DNA of 64,000 bases from NCBI GenBank assembly GCA_964016885.1, contig OZ024743.1, forward strand, positions 372,186,001-372,250,000. The letters are read 5' to 3'. The notes under the pieces are model-generated. The model did no database searches and was not told where the DNA came from. It was given only the letters and a program-made list of their open reading frames with translations. This document shows positions 1-13,429 of this stretch, in pieces. Within the stretch, counting starts at the first letter, position 1. Each line of letters opens with the position of its first letter. This DNA comes from Eledone cirrhosa (lineage: Eukaryota). The position numbers were made by a program, and so were the translations under genes.

Positions 1-1199
1 ATATTTATATTCATTTTTATTTATCTCTATCTTTAAAATTTTTACCTGCGCGTGCCTACTCGCATAAACTTACTGAATTTTTTTCCTTCTTTCCTTCTTT
101 CCAATTAATCTCGATTATATCTACCCTCACCTGTCCCTACAACTGGTTTAGATTTTTTCCCTGCCAGAATACGTGCCCAACCGGCAGAAATATTTGCATA
201 TGTCTGTGTGTGCGTGTGGCTATATGGTATATCCGTGCACGTGTCTATAGCTATACGTGTATTTGTATCCGCATTTGTGTGACTGTGGATGGATATCTAT
301 ATATGTATCCCACGGTCAAGATCAATACACAAGGCGGTCTGAACCGATGTGGTGATGTAATCACACGACCACATATCTGTAAGACTTTCTTCATTCCTAT
401 GTTAAATTCTCCCGTCTATAAATATCTGTCACAACTTGTCTGTCTCAGTATCCATGTACCAATCCCTACACGCACGAATGTGTGGGGAGGTATGTGGTTG
501 ATATATCACAGAATAGATATATATTGTTACTAACAAGAGGAAGGCAACGATAGCAACAGTAACAATAACAACAACATATGTGTGTATACACCAACATCAT
601 ACCAGTAATCACCACACGACAATACTACTACTATTGCCACTACTAATAAGAAATCATCAGTATACGGATTCTATGCTTAATTCCTATAACAATTGTATTT
701 GTTTCAAGCAAGGGAGTGATGGAATCTATGCGGTTGCTTGACCTGCTGGAGGCGGCGGTCAAATCTCTTTCAGGTCACACCACACCCGCCTGAACTGAAG
801 CAGGACTCTTTTATCGACAGCTTCGGGGTGGGTTCCGGGGGGAAATATGTGTCGGGATTGAGTAAACGAACTTTCGATATGACATTTTGTTCGTGATCGC
901 ACTTCGTGAACGCATCACATACATGTTTTTTCCTCCACAGTCTCTGACACTTCTCGGAACTCTCCAGTTTCAGCTTCCTCTCTTCGGTGCTTTAGCATCT
1001 TTCGGCTCCAACTTTGCACTTTCGTCGAATTTGCCGTTTTGAATGCATGCACGCACACACATGGTATGCATCTCAGCACTTCTTTGTTTCGGTGCATCTC
1101 AGGACTCTTTCGTCTTTGTGACTTACTGTTCTAAAAAAAAAAAAAATGTTAACTCCTTTTTCTTTTTTTTCCTCTCCTTTTTCTTTTCTTCCTTTCACT

Positions 1200-4100
1200 G
1201 TTATCGAACTTGCTGCTTTGGATGCCCGGACACACACGGCACTCGTTTCAAACGTCATGCGTGCACTCACCCCCAGGCACAGTTTACAATCCTCCGTTCT
1301 AGCTCGCTCCCAACCTCCTATTCCGTGCAGCCCAGGCATCTCTTCTCCTTACCCATATAACGGAAGATTTGACCTCCCGCACCCCGAACTCCTCAACCTT
1401 CCACCCCACGGGAGATTGACCGGTGCCACTCGTGCGTCACGCATAATAGGCGCAAGAGAGGAAGGAACTGCCCCAACTGCAACAGATTCTTCCACCTCTA
1501 TTGCGTCAAACTCACAAGATGCGCGTCAGACTCCTTGCACCGGTGGCACTGCCCAACATGCCTATCCACCCCGACACTACAGGTGGTCACGAGCGCCGAC
1601 CCTACGGGGACTTGAACCCACTCGACTCGTACGAGTGTCTGGTGGTGATACCCCGCCTCAGGCAGTCGTGGAGAGTCATCACCAGGATCCCCAGGTCTAC
1701 TCGCACTCCCGTGGCTGAAGGGCTAGCGACTTAAATCGACCGAGCGCTTGACTCGGATGATCCACGGGACTGGACCAGACTTCAGTTTTGCTACTCTCGT
1801 ACTCAGGATCCTGTTGGTGAGGAAGGCGACGGTAAGAGACAGATCTGGCCCATCCCTGGCTTCGAAGATCAAGGGCAATGTCGCCTCTTTCTGCGACCTT
1901 TCACCCGCGAACCTCTCAGCACTCTCATGCTGCCCACAAGTGCTAACACAACGCCCCCAATTCACCAACGACAGCACGAAACGTCTCCGAGACAGAGTCA
2001 ACCTCAAACTATTTGAGGGCGACGTTTCGGCGGCTGTTCGGGTGCTGACCTCAAGCGATTCTGTGCTCCGACCAACACCGGATGTTTTGTCAGCGCCTCG
2101 CCTCAAACATCCGAACCCTCCTGCCAACATCAGGGATGCTCCAACACCTGCCAGCAATCTCTCCCCGGCAGCGTCCAGCGAGGACGTGGTAGCTGCCCTA
2201 AGATCTTTTCCTGGTAGTAGCAGTGGCGGAGTGGACGACTTGCGCCCCGGTCACCTCCGAGACCTCATCTTGTCTCACGCGGTGGAAAGAGGGGCCCGAC
2301 TGCTCCAGCCCTCACCAACTGTCTCCTCCCTGCCAAACTGTCCAGCCATGTCTGGGATTTTTTCTTCTCAGCCAGCTTGACCGCCCCGAGGAAGAATGGC
2401 GGAGGCGTCTACCCCATTGCGGTGGGTAATGTCTTCCGATAACTTGCAGCCAAGATAGCTTGCAAGTCAGTCAAAGATGACCTGAGCGAGGTGCTAAGCC
2501 CTGTCTAACTCGGAGTGGGAATCAAGTGCAGTTGTGAGGACAGCTCATATGGCCAGACACTTCATAGAACACGCGCCTCCCTCGTCACCCCCACCTCCTC
2601 GTAAAGCTGGACATGACTAACACATTCAACAGCGTCAGACGTGATCACGTCCTAGAGGCGTGTCTCAGGCGTGCATCTACCCCCTACATCTACCCCCTCG
2701 TTCATCTTTCGTACGGAAAACCCAGCTCACTCATGGCCTCCGACAACAGGGTTACTTTCGCCACAGGTGTCCAGCAGCGAGACACACTCGGCTCGATTTT
2801 ATTCGCACTGGCAGTCGACGAGGTATCCCGATCGGTCGGGTCACCCCTCAATGTCTAGTATCTCGACGACGCGACCCTGGGCGGCCCGGCTGAAACGGTA
2901 GTTAAGGACCTTCGACAAATCATCCCAGCTCTAAAGCTCCTTGGACTTGAGATCAACCTAACCATGTCTGAGGTGATCAACATCAGCTACGGAGAGGCCG
3001 AATCCCGCAACGGTGGTCCCATTATGAAGGAGGTCTGGCCAGTTGGCTGCACCATACTTTGCTCATAGTGGGGCTGTATTTAGGTTGGGTTTTTACGGCT
3101 GCAGGATGCCCTCCCTACTGCCGATCAAGTTTATAAGTCTGAGGTGACCAACATCAGCTACGGAGAGGCCAAATTCAGCAACGCCATACTCTGCTCCCAT
3201 CCCATCCTTGCCGGGGCTCGGCTGACAGCCAAGGACGCCGCATGCATTCTCAGCTCCCCATTCTCCCGAAAGCCATAAGAGAATGCCTGGAGACCAAGCA
3301 TGCGGATTTGTCCCGATTAGCAGAGAGGCTGCGCCTCATTGACGTTCAACCCACGCTCTTGCTCTTGAGGAACTGTTTCGCCCTCCCCAAATTCATATCC
3401 ACGCTGCGCGGTGCACCTTGCCACCCCCACGCAGATTTACTCGGGGAACTTGAAACCGCCATTCGACGCTGTGCGGAACTCATCTGCGATGTCAGTTTCG
3501 ACTTCGCAGGCTGGAAACAGGCGAAACTCACAGCGAGGTTCGGCGGCCTCGGCCTCCGATCAGCTTCGGACCTAGCTTTACCTGCCTACCTCTCCTCCAG
3601 TCGCGCTCTCATCAGCGAGCCTCTCAGCCAGAAGGTCGAAACCTGACCTGGCCCTAGAGCTTGAACAGGCTCTAGCCTACTGGACAGCGAAGGCCTCTTT
3701 GTCCCACAGTATACTACGGTCCAACGTAACTGAGACGACATCAATTGCAGGTCTTCTGCCAGGCGGATCGAGTCTGGCTTGGACCAACACCGCCTCGTCT
3801 ACCTTCGCTCCGCTTCTCAGCTCAACAGCGGCGCGTGGCTAAATTCGTTGGCCTCCTCAACAACCGGTACCCTTCTTGACGATGAGTGCACTCGCTTTGG
3901 AGTAGACCAACGCCTTGGCCTCTGCATGTGTGAGCCACATAAATGCCGCTGCGAGGCGGTTGTTGACAAGTTCGGCCTGCACCCTCTGTCTTGTCGCCAG
4001 ATCCTAGGCTGGTTCCCCCGACACGTCGCTCTGAACGACATATTGAGAAGAAGCCTGGACGCAGTTGGCTTTCCATCTCAACTGGAGCCAGCAGGCCTCG

Positions 4101-4500
4101 ACCAAGGAGATGGCAAGCACCCTGATGGAATCACCCTCTTCCCATTTGAAGGAGGTAGATCCCTCATCTGGGACGCCATCTGCTGCGATACGTTCTCCGC
4201 CCCCAACTTAGTCGCTTCGGCCACAAACCCCGGCATCGCAGAAGAATGTAAAATAAACAAATACTGGGATTTATCTGGCCACTTCCTCTTCCCACCAGTT
4301 GCTGTCGAGACTTCAGGCGTACTTGGACCCCGTACTGCTGAGCTGCTCCGCAAGATCGGAAAGTCGGCGGCCCGTTTGAGGAAGGAGCCCCGCGAGGTTG
4401 GTTGTTGTAGTGGGTGTCACTGGCCATCGTCCGCGCGAATGCTTTTGCCGTCTTGTCTGCGGGGACAGCACTTCTTCCCCCCTTGCCCTAGGCCCAAAGC
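1200..4500 (+). mobile_element. Decayed CRE-like non-LTR retrotransposon (RT + C-terminal CCHC zinc knuckle + restriction-like endonuclease)
   Basis: Frameshifted ORF pieces carry RT motifs (KLDMTNTFNSVRRD, GVQQRDTLG, YLDD near 2859, GGLGLRSA) and an RLE region (C-R-C...H-LSC...RH..LND, KHPDG, WDA.C.DT, AVETSG) in ORF 3779-4525. Boundaries are approximate. Confidence 0.85.
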
Positions 4501-4990
4501 CCCCCCCCCTCTTCTGCGACACTAGAGCTCTTGCCATCCCCTCCTCTTCCCGTTCTTTTTCTCTTTTTACTCTATATTTCCCTATTCTTTTTTTCCTCTT
4601 GTTTCCTTTTTTTTTTATTATTGCCGTTATTATGGTTGTCACTGTTGATGTAAAATTCATATAATAACTTGAATATACAAATGAAACAAATCAATAAAGA
4701 TCGTAATTGTCTCCACCCCCTCTACAGATACAGAGACACACGCTATCAGCACAGCCTCTGGCTAATGCCACCCACTAAACAATTATCTTGTTTATGGTCC
4801 CAAACAGTCACTTTCGGATAGTATTGGGGAATAGGTGCACACACACATGCACACACAACTCCACCAAACCACCACCACACTTAGAGAGAATTCATCTATG
4901 TACTGCACCTATCCATACCAATTATCCTCCCTATTCTTACGATTATTTTTTTTATTAGTATTTTTACTGTCTATCCTAAAGTCAGTTTAG

Positions 4991-5121
4991 TGTTTCTGAG
5001 GAGAACGGCCAATTGAATAGGGATTTCGAGACTAGAAAAAGGTAGTAACTTAACCACTACCATGTTAGTCGATGCATCGATCTCCATCGATCAATCAACC
5101 CTCTGAAATGATGGTAAAACA
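4991..5121 (+). ncRNA. Degenerate type I hammerhead ribozyme with long stem II insert
   Basis: TGTTT-CTGAGGA-(~100 nt)-GAAA-TGATG-GTA|AAACA. Stem I TGTTT/AAACA is perfect. Stem II base and stem III are imperfect. Confidence 0.4.
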
Positions 5122-5163
5122 ATGAACTATCTACACCTGACTTCTGTTTTTTTATTGTTCTAT

Positions 5164-5225
<62 letters not shown>

Positions 5226-5254
5226 GTATTATCATCATCATTACCATTTAACGG

Positions 5255-6192
5255 CTATTTTTCAATGGGTTGGACTGGTCATCCAGGTTATGATACAAGT
5301 CTGGCCAGTTGGCCACGCTGTACTTTGCTCAAATGGAACTGTATTTTGGCTGCGATTTTTACAGCTGGGTGTCCTTCCTAACACCAACCACGTTTAATGG
5401 AGGTCTGGCCAGTTGGCCATACCTTGAACATATAGAGACTCTGTGTTGGCTGAGTTTTACGGCTGCTGGATGCCATTCTTAACACCAACCACGTTTACAG
5501 AACTGGGTGGCATCATTATCATGAGGGTCTGGCCAGTTGGCCGCGCTGTACCCTGCTCACAGCGGAACCATATTTTGGGAGCTGGGTGGTCCCATTATGA
5601 AGGAGGTCTGGCCAGTTGGCTGCACCATACTTTGCTCATAGTGGGGCTGTATTTAGGTTGGGTTTTTACGGCTGGAGGATGCTCTCCCTACTGCCAATCA
5701 TGTTTATAGTGTGGAACAGAGTGGCACCATACCTTGCTCAAACAGAAGTGGATGCCCTTCCTAACACCAGCCACGTTTACAGTATGGAACTGGGTGGTCT
5801 TGTTATGAGACAAGTCTGGCCAGATAGCCGCGCTGTACCTTACACATATCGGGACCATGTGTTGGCCGGGTTTTTACGGGTGTGGATGCATTCCTAACAC
5901 CAACCACGTTTACAGTGTGCGACTGGGTGGCACTGTTATGAGGAGGGCCTGGCCAGTTGGCTGCGTTCTACCCTGCTAACAGCAGAACCGTATTTTGGGA
6001 GCTGGGTGGTGCCATTGTGAGGGAGGTTTGGCCAGTTGGTTGCTCCATACGTTGCTCATAGTGGGGACATGTTTAAGCGATGTTTTTACAGCAGCTGGAT
6101 GCCCTTCCTACTGCCAACCATGGTTACACTGTGGATCTAGGTGGCACCATTATTAGATTAGTCTAGCCAATTGGCCGGGCCATACCTTGCTG
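5255..6192. repeat. Diverged tandem array (~70-130 bp units) resembling an RTE-LINE 3' UTR
   Basis: Recurrent GGTCTGGCCAGTTGG...TTTTTACGGCTGGATGCCCTTCCTAACACCAACCACGTTTA motif, about 8-9 copies. The resemblance to RTE 3' ends is from recall. Confidence 0.75.
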
Positions 6193-6241
6193 ATATATAA
6201 TATACATTAACACACATGTACATATAACACATATGTATATA

Positions 6242-9200
6242 ACCAGCAGAAGTACCCGGCGTTGCTCAAGTTAAAGAAAATAATGTAATTTCATTCAAAA
6301 TCTTTCTAGGGTATATTTGAAACCTCTAATCTAATTGTTTCTTGTATGTAACATATCTTGTAGTTGCAATAGGATTTCATACTTTGTTTCTTTATTCCTT
6401 TCATATCTTGTCTGTGCTTGGGTTTTCATATCACTGATGAGATACAGTTGTAAATATTTTGGGTCTTCTTCTGAAAGTGGCTGAAGTGGTCCAATTTTAT
6501 GGTACATTTGCCCTTAGATCTTGAAAGTGGGTATAAAGCCATTTTCATGGATGACATTTGCACCAAATGGTGTCATTTGGAATGCATTATTGTACATAGG
6601 GATATTTTGAAGAAAGTGTCTTGATTCAGTAGTTGTACCAATCAGCAGTCTCCTCAAGGGTTCTGGTAGTTCAAGTAACAGTCTAATCTTAATCTTTCCA
6701 TTTAAACAGCACAATCCAGTTGAATCACCAATCCCTTTTTGTAGCACCACAATTTGAACAAATTTTGTTCAATGAGGAAATTCGAATTAAAGGTTCTGAG
6801 TCGTCCTATAATTTAGCGGCTTTGAAGAATAACGAAGATAGATAACATAACAATATACAATAGTAAACAGTAACCTAAGTAAACATGAAAGAACAGCCTC
6901 GCGAGTTGGAATGGCTCTTCCAGCGCATCTCCCTTACCATCCTCTGGGGAAACGCCTTCTCCATCCTGTCCGCCGGTGCTGGCCTCCCCACAGAACCGGC
7001 GGACAGAATGGAGTAGGCGTTTCCCCAGAGGATGGTAAGGGAAATGCGCTGGAAGAGCCATTCCAACTCGCGAGGCTCACACCTGCGGCTGGCCAGCTCA
7101 GTGGATATGGTGGTGAGTAGGGAGGTAGCCCTAGGGCCAAGGACACCAGAAGTTTCCACTGCCATGGGCACGACCACGAACCTGTCGGAGAGCGACCGGT
7201 ACTTGGAGAGTTTGGCCTTCTCAGCCTGACGTGCAGCAGAACCTGGGTTAGTCTCAAACTGCACCAGGTTGCGACTAGAGAAAGTGTCACTGCAAGTGGC
7301 ATCCCAGACGAGGGGTTTGCCACCGCGGAAGGGGAAGATAGACATACCGTCTGGCCTTTTGCCGTCTCCTCGGTCCAGCCCCACCGGCTCGAGCTGGGAA
7401 GGGAAGCCTGCAGCGCCCAAGCCATGCTTTATGACCTCGTTGAGAGCAGCATGGCGTGGAAGGCGGCCGGCATTGTGGCGACAGGAAAGCGGGTGGATCC
7501 ACAACGATATTTATGTGGCTCGCAGATCCGGAGGCCAAGCTTCAGGGAAACACCGATGCGCAGGCTATTGTTATCGAGCTGCGTGCCAGTGGGGAAGGAA
7601 GGCAAGGCATGGAGCCAGACCCTACTGTATGGTTTGGAGGCCGCGCGAAAAAAGGCAAGGCGGTTGCTGGTTGAGCTGGCGCGTGAGCCTGTCTGAGGCC
7701 AGGCTGCACTGGATGGCATCCTAAATGCTTTGGGGGGACTTGACATCAGCAGGGGTAGAAGAAGGATGGACGTCTACTGGGCCAACTCCCAGCCGGTCCC
7801 ACGTCTCACAGGCGGCCTCATGTTCCCTGATCACAGAGGGTTCCATTGTGTTTTGGAGAATCCTGCTGACGAGGACGCGGCATGAGGTTACCGACGAAAG
7901 AAACGCCGGCAAAGCCAGCGAGATCGGGGACCGGAGGCCAAGGATGCCATATCTGACAGGTAAAGAAGCCTGTTGCCATCTAATGTCGTCAAATCTGACG
8001 TTGCATATCTCCTCAAATGCCACTTGGATACAAGTATCGAGGTTAGCGAGGAGAGATGCGTGGCTGTAGCACGGAGCGCTGCGAAGGATATAGAGGAGCT
8101 TCGGCATGGCGAAGCAGTTCCTCAATATGAAGAGAGCTGGATGGCCGTCGATCAAGCCCAGACCTGATGGTGCAGCGGATGGCCGGCGGGGGATCGGTGA
8201 CCCGAGGATGAGGACATCTTCTTAGGGGGTCACTTGTACCTGGTGGAGAATGGACCACACGTCCGCGACGGAGGCTGCAAAACTCTCAGCATCGTGGCTG
8301 ACATTCACCACCTCCAACTTCGACGAGTTGACCTGGAGGCCGATTCCCGCCAGGACAGGAACCACCGATTGTAGGTAATAGCAGACAGTCTCTACGAAGG
8401 TTCTGAGTCATATTTGTGATGTGGATTGTAACACTCGGCAACCTTTTTAAATCGTAAATCTCTGTTCACATAGCCTTTGGGTTGTTTAAGCTTCAGGTTC
8501 TTCATGCCACGTTTGAGCTGCTCTATTTCTCTCCATTTGCTGTCTTAATGATTTTCGTATATCTGATTCCTCTTGTTGAATAGTTGCTTCCATTGTTCTA
8601 TCTTCAGCAAGCCTTTTTGATCTTTATTCCTCTGATTCATTCTGTCTATTCTGTGCACTTCTTATGCCTTGATGATCTTTGTGCATATGATTCTTTCTCT
8701 GTTTTGTGCTGTAGTTTCGTACATCTAATTACTCTTGATGAATAGTTGCTTTCCTTGTCCTATCATCAGCAAGCCTTTTTGATCTTTGTTCTGATTTATT
8801 TTGCCAATATTTTGCTGTTGCTTTTCTTTGTTTTGGGAGTCTTTGTTGTCTCTGCTCTTCTCAATGTTGTCTCATTCTCCCTTTGCAGCTGCTCTGCCAC
8901 AGCTTTATGAAACTTTCTTCCAAATGAAGGTCTATTCTACGGTGGCATTTTTTGCTTGCAGCTTCAAATGCCACTATCATTTATCTGAAAATTTATTTGT
9001 TTCTGTTAATGATGGATCTAAGTCGAGTCAAATTTCGTTGAATGAAGACTCACTGCATTAATTTTCAGTTATTTTTCAAAAACAACAACTAAAATTAAAG
9101 GAAATGAATATGCAAAAAAATATTACAGGTTCCACATATGTTATTTTTAGTAGTATTTCCATAAATCTATTAAAGACACCAAAATTTAATGAGAGGCCGA

Positions 9201-9654
9201 CACACACATATGCACACGGAGCTATATGAGAAAATGTGGCATATATACACACAAATGGGAAAGATATGAAGAAGATAGTGATAAGAAACTCTCAAGAGAG
9301 ATGGACAGCAGGACTTCAGAAAATAAACCCCCCTCATGCAAGTGTTTTGGTCCTTAACCTTTTACACTCTATGGGGGCCGGGTCGTATTAAGCCACATGG
9401 AGATTTTGTTGACAGAATCTAGCTGGAACTCCACTTCATTACCTCTGCTTTCAAACTTATATCTAGAAGCTTTTTTGAGTTTGGAAAAAATAACGTTGGT
9501 AGTCATGGTAACTGTAAGACGTCAACAGTGTCACCTCCCAGTGCCAACTACAAACACGACTTACTCAGTTTCTTCCCTTAGCATGCACTAAAATACAATC
9601 ACAATGCCTTCCAACCGCATGGAGATCTTGTTTATGAGCTAAATATTAAGTAGA
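6242..9654 (-). mobile_element. Internally deleted Helitron (N-terminal Rep region), interrupted by a CRE-like insertion
   Basis: ORF 6514-6750 (GLCCLNGKIKI..L.E.PEPLRRLL...SRHFLQNI..YNNAFQMT.FGA) matches the Helitron RepHel N-terminal zinc-finger region. 5' TC at 9654-9653; degenerate 3' hairpin plus CTGG near 6242-6270. Confidence 0.75.
6803..8396 (-). mobile_element. 5'-truncated CRE-like retrotransposon (RT C-terminus + RLE) with 13-bp TSD
   Basis: ORFs 7721-8155 and 6875-7504 (HPLSC..RH..LN, KRPDG, WDATCSDT, AVETSG) are homologous to the 1200-4500 element. TSD AAGGTTCTGAGTC at 6790-6802 and 8397-8409. Confidence 0.9.
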
Positions 9655-10261
9655 TATGACATATATACATACACGGAAGAGTTATAAAGAATATATGACA
9701 AAATATACTGTTGGCAATAAAAGGGATAGTGGATTTTGATATTGAAGCAGGTGTGTGTTGTTGCTTTATGGTGATTGAACGTGTGTCGTTCACTTGCTTT
9801 AGTCATATCTCAGGAGAGAGAGAGAGAGAGGGGGGCGGGGCGTTCAATACTGAAGCAAGGATGTGTTTGTTGCTTTAGTGTCGATTACGATGTTGAACGC
9901 GTGTCACTGACTTCACTTTCTTTCCCTACTCATCATTCATGCATTGTTAATATACTTGCTTAGTTCTATATTGGGCTTTCAGCAATCTATTTAATTTCAC
10001 GTGTGCTTTCTCTCAAATTCTTACTTCTTCATTCTCTCTATTTTCCATCATATTCCATCGTAGTGAAGACGATAACTCACGACGAGCACAGATTGACACA
10101 CAAGCAAACATAAAAACAAATGAATATAAGTCCAAGTGTGAGGAAAACATATTCCTGAATCTAGAACTCACATGCAAAGTTTGGACATGATTGGTTCACT
10201 GGTGTTTAAGTACATCGGACAAAAAAAACGAGCTATTAGGGGCGATGTTAGAGCAGAGTGT

Positions 10262-10755
10262 ATATAATAAGAACGAAGTGGAGGTGTTACATTAAGAAAG
10301 CTATTGATCAATCCTGGTTACAATTATTTCACAAACAGTCGGCTCATGATCCGGGTTAATGTTCTGACCAGATTCCAAATCTTCCTGATCCCCAGACTAG
10401 TGCTATCACAACAAAATCCAAATCAGATCTGTGGACAAACCAGGCAGTCACAAACAAGTATAGAGAATGTCTAATCATAAGCCTAGAATTCACCAGGCGC
10501 ACGTACCCTATACAGGACAAGTAAACAACCGATATAACTAAACAAACAAATAAATAAATATACCCACGCAAACTGGTTTGTCCACAGATCCGAGGTAGAT
10601 TTTGTTGTGATAGCACTAGTCTGAGGATCAGGCAGATTTGGAATCTGGTCTGGAATATTAATCCGGATCATAAGCCGACAGTTTGTGAAACAATTGTAAC
10701 CAGGAGTAATCAATAAATTTCCTAATGTAACATTTCATTTCCACTTTGTTATTCT

Positions 10756-10760
<5 letters not shown>
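10262..10760. mobile_element. MITE/foldback element with ~180 bp imperfect terminal inverted repeats
   Basis: 10262-10443 is the imperfect reverse complement of 10573-10760, flanked by TA runs. Confidence 0.8.
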
Positions 10761-10789
<29 letters not shown>

Positions 10790-10921
10790 TTGAGAGGGAC
10801 GAGGCTGTGTGGTTACTGAAAACGAGTGTTAGAAAGTAAAGAGACACAAACAAGAGATGAAGATTTTCCCTTCATCAGTTGTCTACTACGGATCATAGAA
10901 GTTTCAGCGCTTTATAGACAA

Positions 10922-13428
10922 CTAGCAGTTTAGCCCGGCGTTGCTCGGGTTTGTTCATTTGCTATGAAAAGTTACATACAGGCAAACGTGGCTTGAAAGC
11001 GAATAAGCTCATCAATTAAGTGCATAAAGCAATTGAACCGGTTATTAAAAGTTACGAACCAATTAGCATTTTGGACAATCAAGGATGGGTTAATAATCTT
11101 CCAATAGCGAATTTAGTAGACCAAAATTGCAAGATGGTGGCCCTGATACCGCTGGGTGTCAGATCTGTCCGCTATGGGTGACCCTACCAGAAAATTGTTT
11201 TCCAGACGGCATAGCTCCAACACCTCCAACACCTGCACCAACATCTATAGCACCTCTTTGTAGACGATATTGCGTGTCATCCCTTGAGGAGTGTAAGCAA
11301 AAAGTCCATTCCTGCTCCCTACGCGGGAACAGGCAACATAAAGTTTGCCATGGGAGAGGCATGGCTCCCTCAAATGGATGCCCGCCACCGACAATGTTTG
11401 CCCTGGTGACTTGTTAATGGACATGGCAAAAGATGGTCTCACCGGGAATTGGGATCGCCGGAAATCGAACGGGATATCTGACGCCGAGGGGTAAAGGTTA
11501 ATCCTTGGAATGAAAACATTCTCCCTTCTCCCGTACCCCGTTACAATGGTGGCCTCAATCAAGTGAGGCGTCAGTGACTTGACTGCTTTGGTGGATGCAA
11601 GTTCCTTATTAGCATAATGGGACAGCCAACCCTAAGCTTAAGAATGTGAGGAAGGAGCCCTGGGGGCTCAACGGAATTTAATAACTCAACCGGATAATTA
11701 ACGATATCGTCGGGGTCTGACGTCCGGTCGATAGATTTGAAGATGTGCTCTTTACCGGGAATCTTCTCAATCAGCTGCTCGTTAATAAAATTAACCATGG
11801 CATTTTTCGGAGCAAGGATGGCTCTTTTGCTGAGCCAATCGAGGTTTTTAAAGTTAGATGAGGCATTAGGAAAAACTGCTTCCCAAAGGTCAGAAGGGCT
11901 GCTCACAATGTTGCACAGGGAGTCGATTGCTATGCTGCCCTTGTCATGCACAGGGACCTTGCCCTCACCAAGTGCTAAAATGTTCTGAGTAAATGTCGCA
12001 GACATGTTGTCACCATGCAAATGAGCACGCATTTTTGTGCTCAGATAGAAACTCTTCACCTGGTGCCACAACATGGACGACTTAATGCAAGCACGCACTT
12101 CATCAGCTCTTGTCCCTTTGGCGATGACAGGAAGCGTTTGCCGAAAATCCCCTGATAGCAGAAGGATTACGCCACCCATAGGAGCTGTAGAATCCCTAAT
12201 GTCTTTCAGGGTCCTGTCCAAGGGCACCCCTGTGTGCCATTGTGTACTCATCCCAACCAATGAGGCAACATTTTTTGAGAACCAGAGCTTCGTGTGAACT
12301 CTTGCTGATATTGCATGTTGGTGTCTCAGTTTTTACTAAATCCAAGGGGAGTTTAAAGGTTGAATGTGCTGTCCTGCCTCCCGGCAGCAAAATAGCAGCG
12401 ATCCCGGACAATGCAACGGCCAACGCATTTTTGTCTCCTGACGAATCTTATCGAGAATCAATTTCGTTACAAACGTTTTTCCGGTACCACCAGGAGCATC
12501 GAGAAAGTAAATACGCCCAGTCTGATTTTGAACCGCGTCAATGATAGTTAAATAGGCCAACCTTTGGTCCGCCAGAAGTTTGGGCTCTTTTCCTCTAAGT
12601 ATTGGGAAAGAGATTCGATGTCATATGCTGTTTTCCGCAACAAATCCGGGGCCAACGTGTTAGCTTCCTCTCTGACGGTTGACGGCAAGCCATACGTCGC
12701 CAATTCACTCCCACCCATGTCGAGGAGGGTGTCCTCGATATCAATGAGTGCCCTGTTGTAGATAATGTCGCTGTAACCAACTTCCACTGAAGGATACTGC
12801 ACATGAGCCAGGCGCAGGAAGTCCTCAGATATGAAGTCCCTGTTCTTGACCCATATTCACACTTTTGAAGCAAAATGGCAAAGAGTTCCCGTAGACCTTT
12901 AGGTGATTTAAACAAAGCACCCTCTTCTAAAGTGGAATCCCATTGCGAATCATCTTCCAAAAGACCACGCTTAAAGCAGGCTTCCCGGTATGTATCACAT
13001 ATTTCTCCATCAACAGTTTTGAGGTCCTGAAAACTTTGTGGGCCTACAACTTCATGCAGAAGAAGGCGGAGATTAAAGCACTCATGCTGACTTGCGGGCA
13101 CAGTGTAAACCCTTCCAAGACAGCTGTCAAATTTTACACAAGGATGTATTTCAACAGCCTGACTTGACTTCGCACCCAAGTGTTTTTCGACCATATAAAG
13201 TAGGATGGAACCTGGGATACACAATTGTTTGTGGAAATGTATCGAACTGGCAAAGTTTGAACAAACCCGTCAGAGTGGTCTCTTTCCGATCGGCGGCCAA
13301 CTTGTCGGCGGTTTGGTCCGTAAAGTAAAACCTTTGCCCATTTTCCAAATGTACCACAAGCTGTACGATGGCGGGGTGCCGTTGGTGTAGGGGTAAACCA
13401 AATAGGCGCCAAAAAGCTTCATTGCTAC
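10922..13428 (-). mobile_element. Helitron 3' part (PIF1-family helicase pseudogene) with canonical 3' end
   Basis: Helicase motifs in ORFs 11245-13412: FLDAPGGTGKTF, GGRTAHSTFKLP, LLSGDFRQTLPVI, RAILAPKN, QFPVRPSFAMSINKS. Minus-strand end CCCGAGCAACGCCGGG hairpin then CTAG|T at 10922. Confidence 0.92.
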
Positions 13429-13429
13429 T

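Noticed and set aside
5255-6192. Repeat-spacer appearance like a CRISPR array
   Set aside because: Whole units are homologous and diverged, there are no unique spacers or cas genes, and the context is eukaryotic.
10861-10921. Possible hammerhead (minus-strand GAAAC ... CTGATGA)
   Set aside because: The boxes cannot be assembled into three consistent stems; at most a remnant cut by the Helitron.
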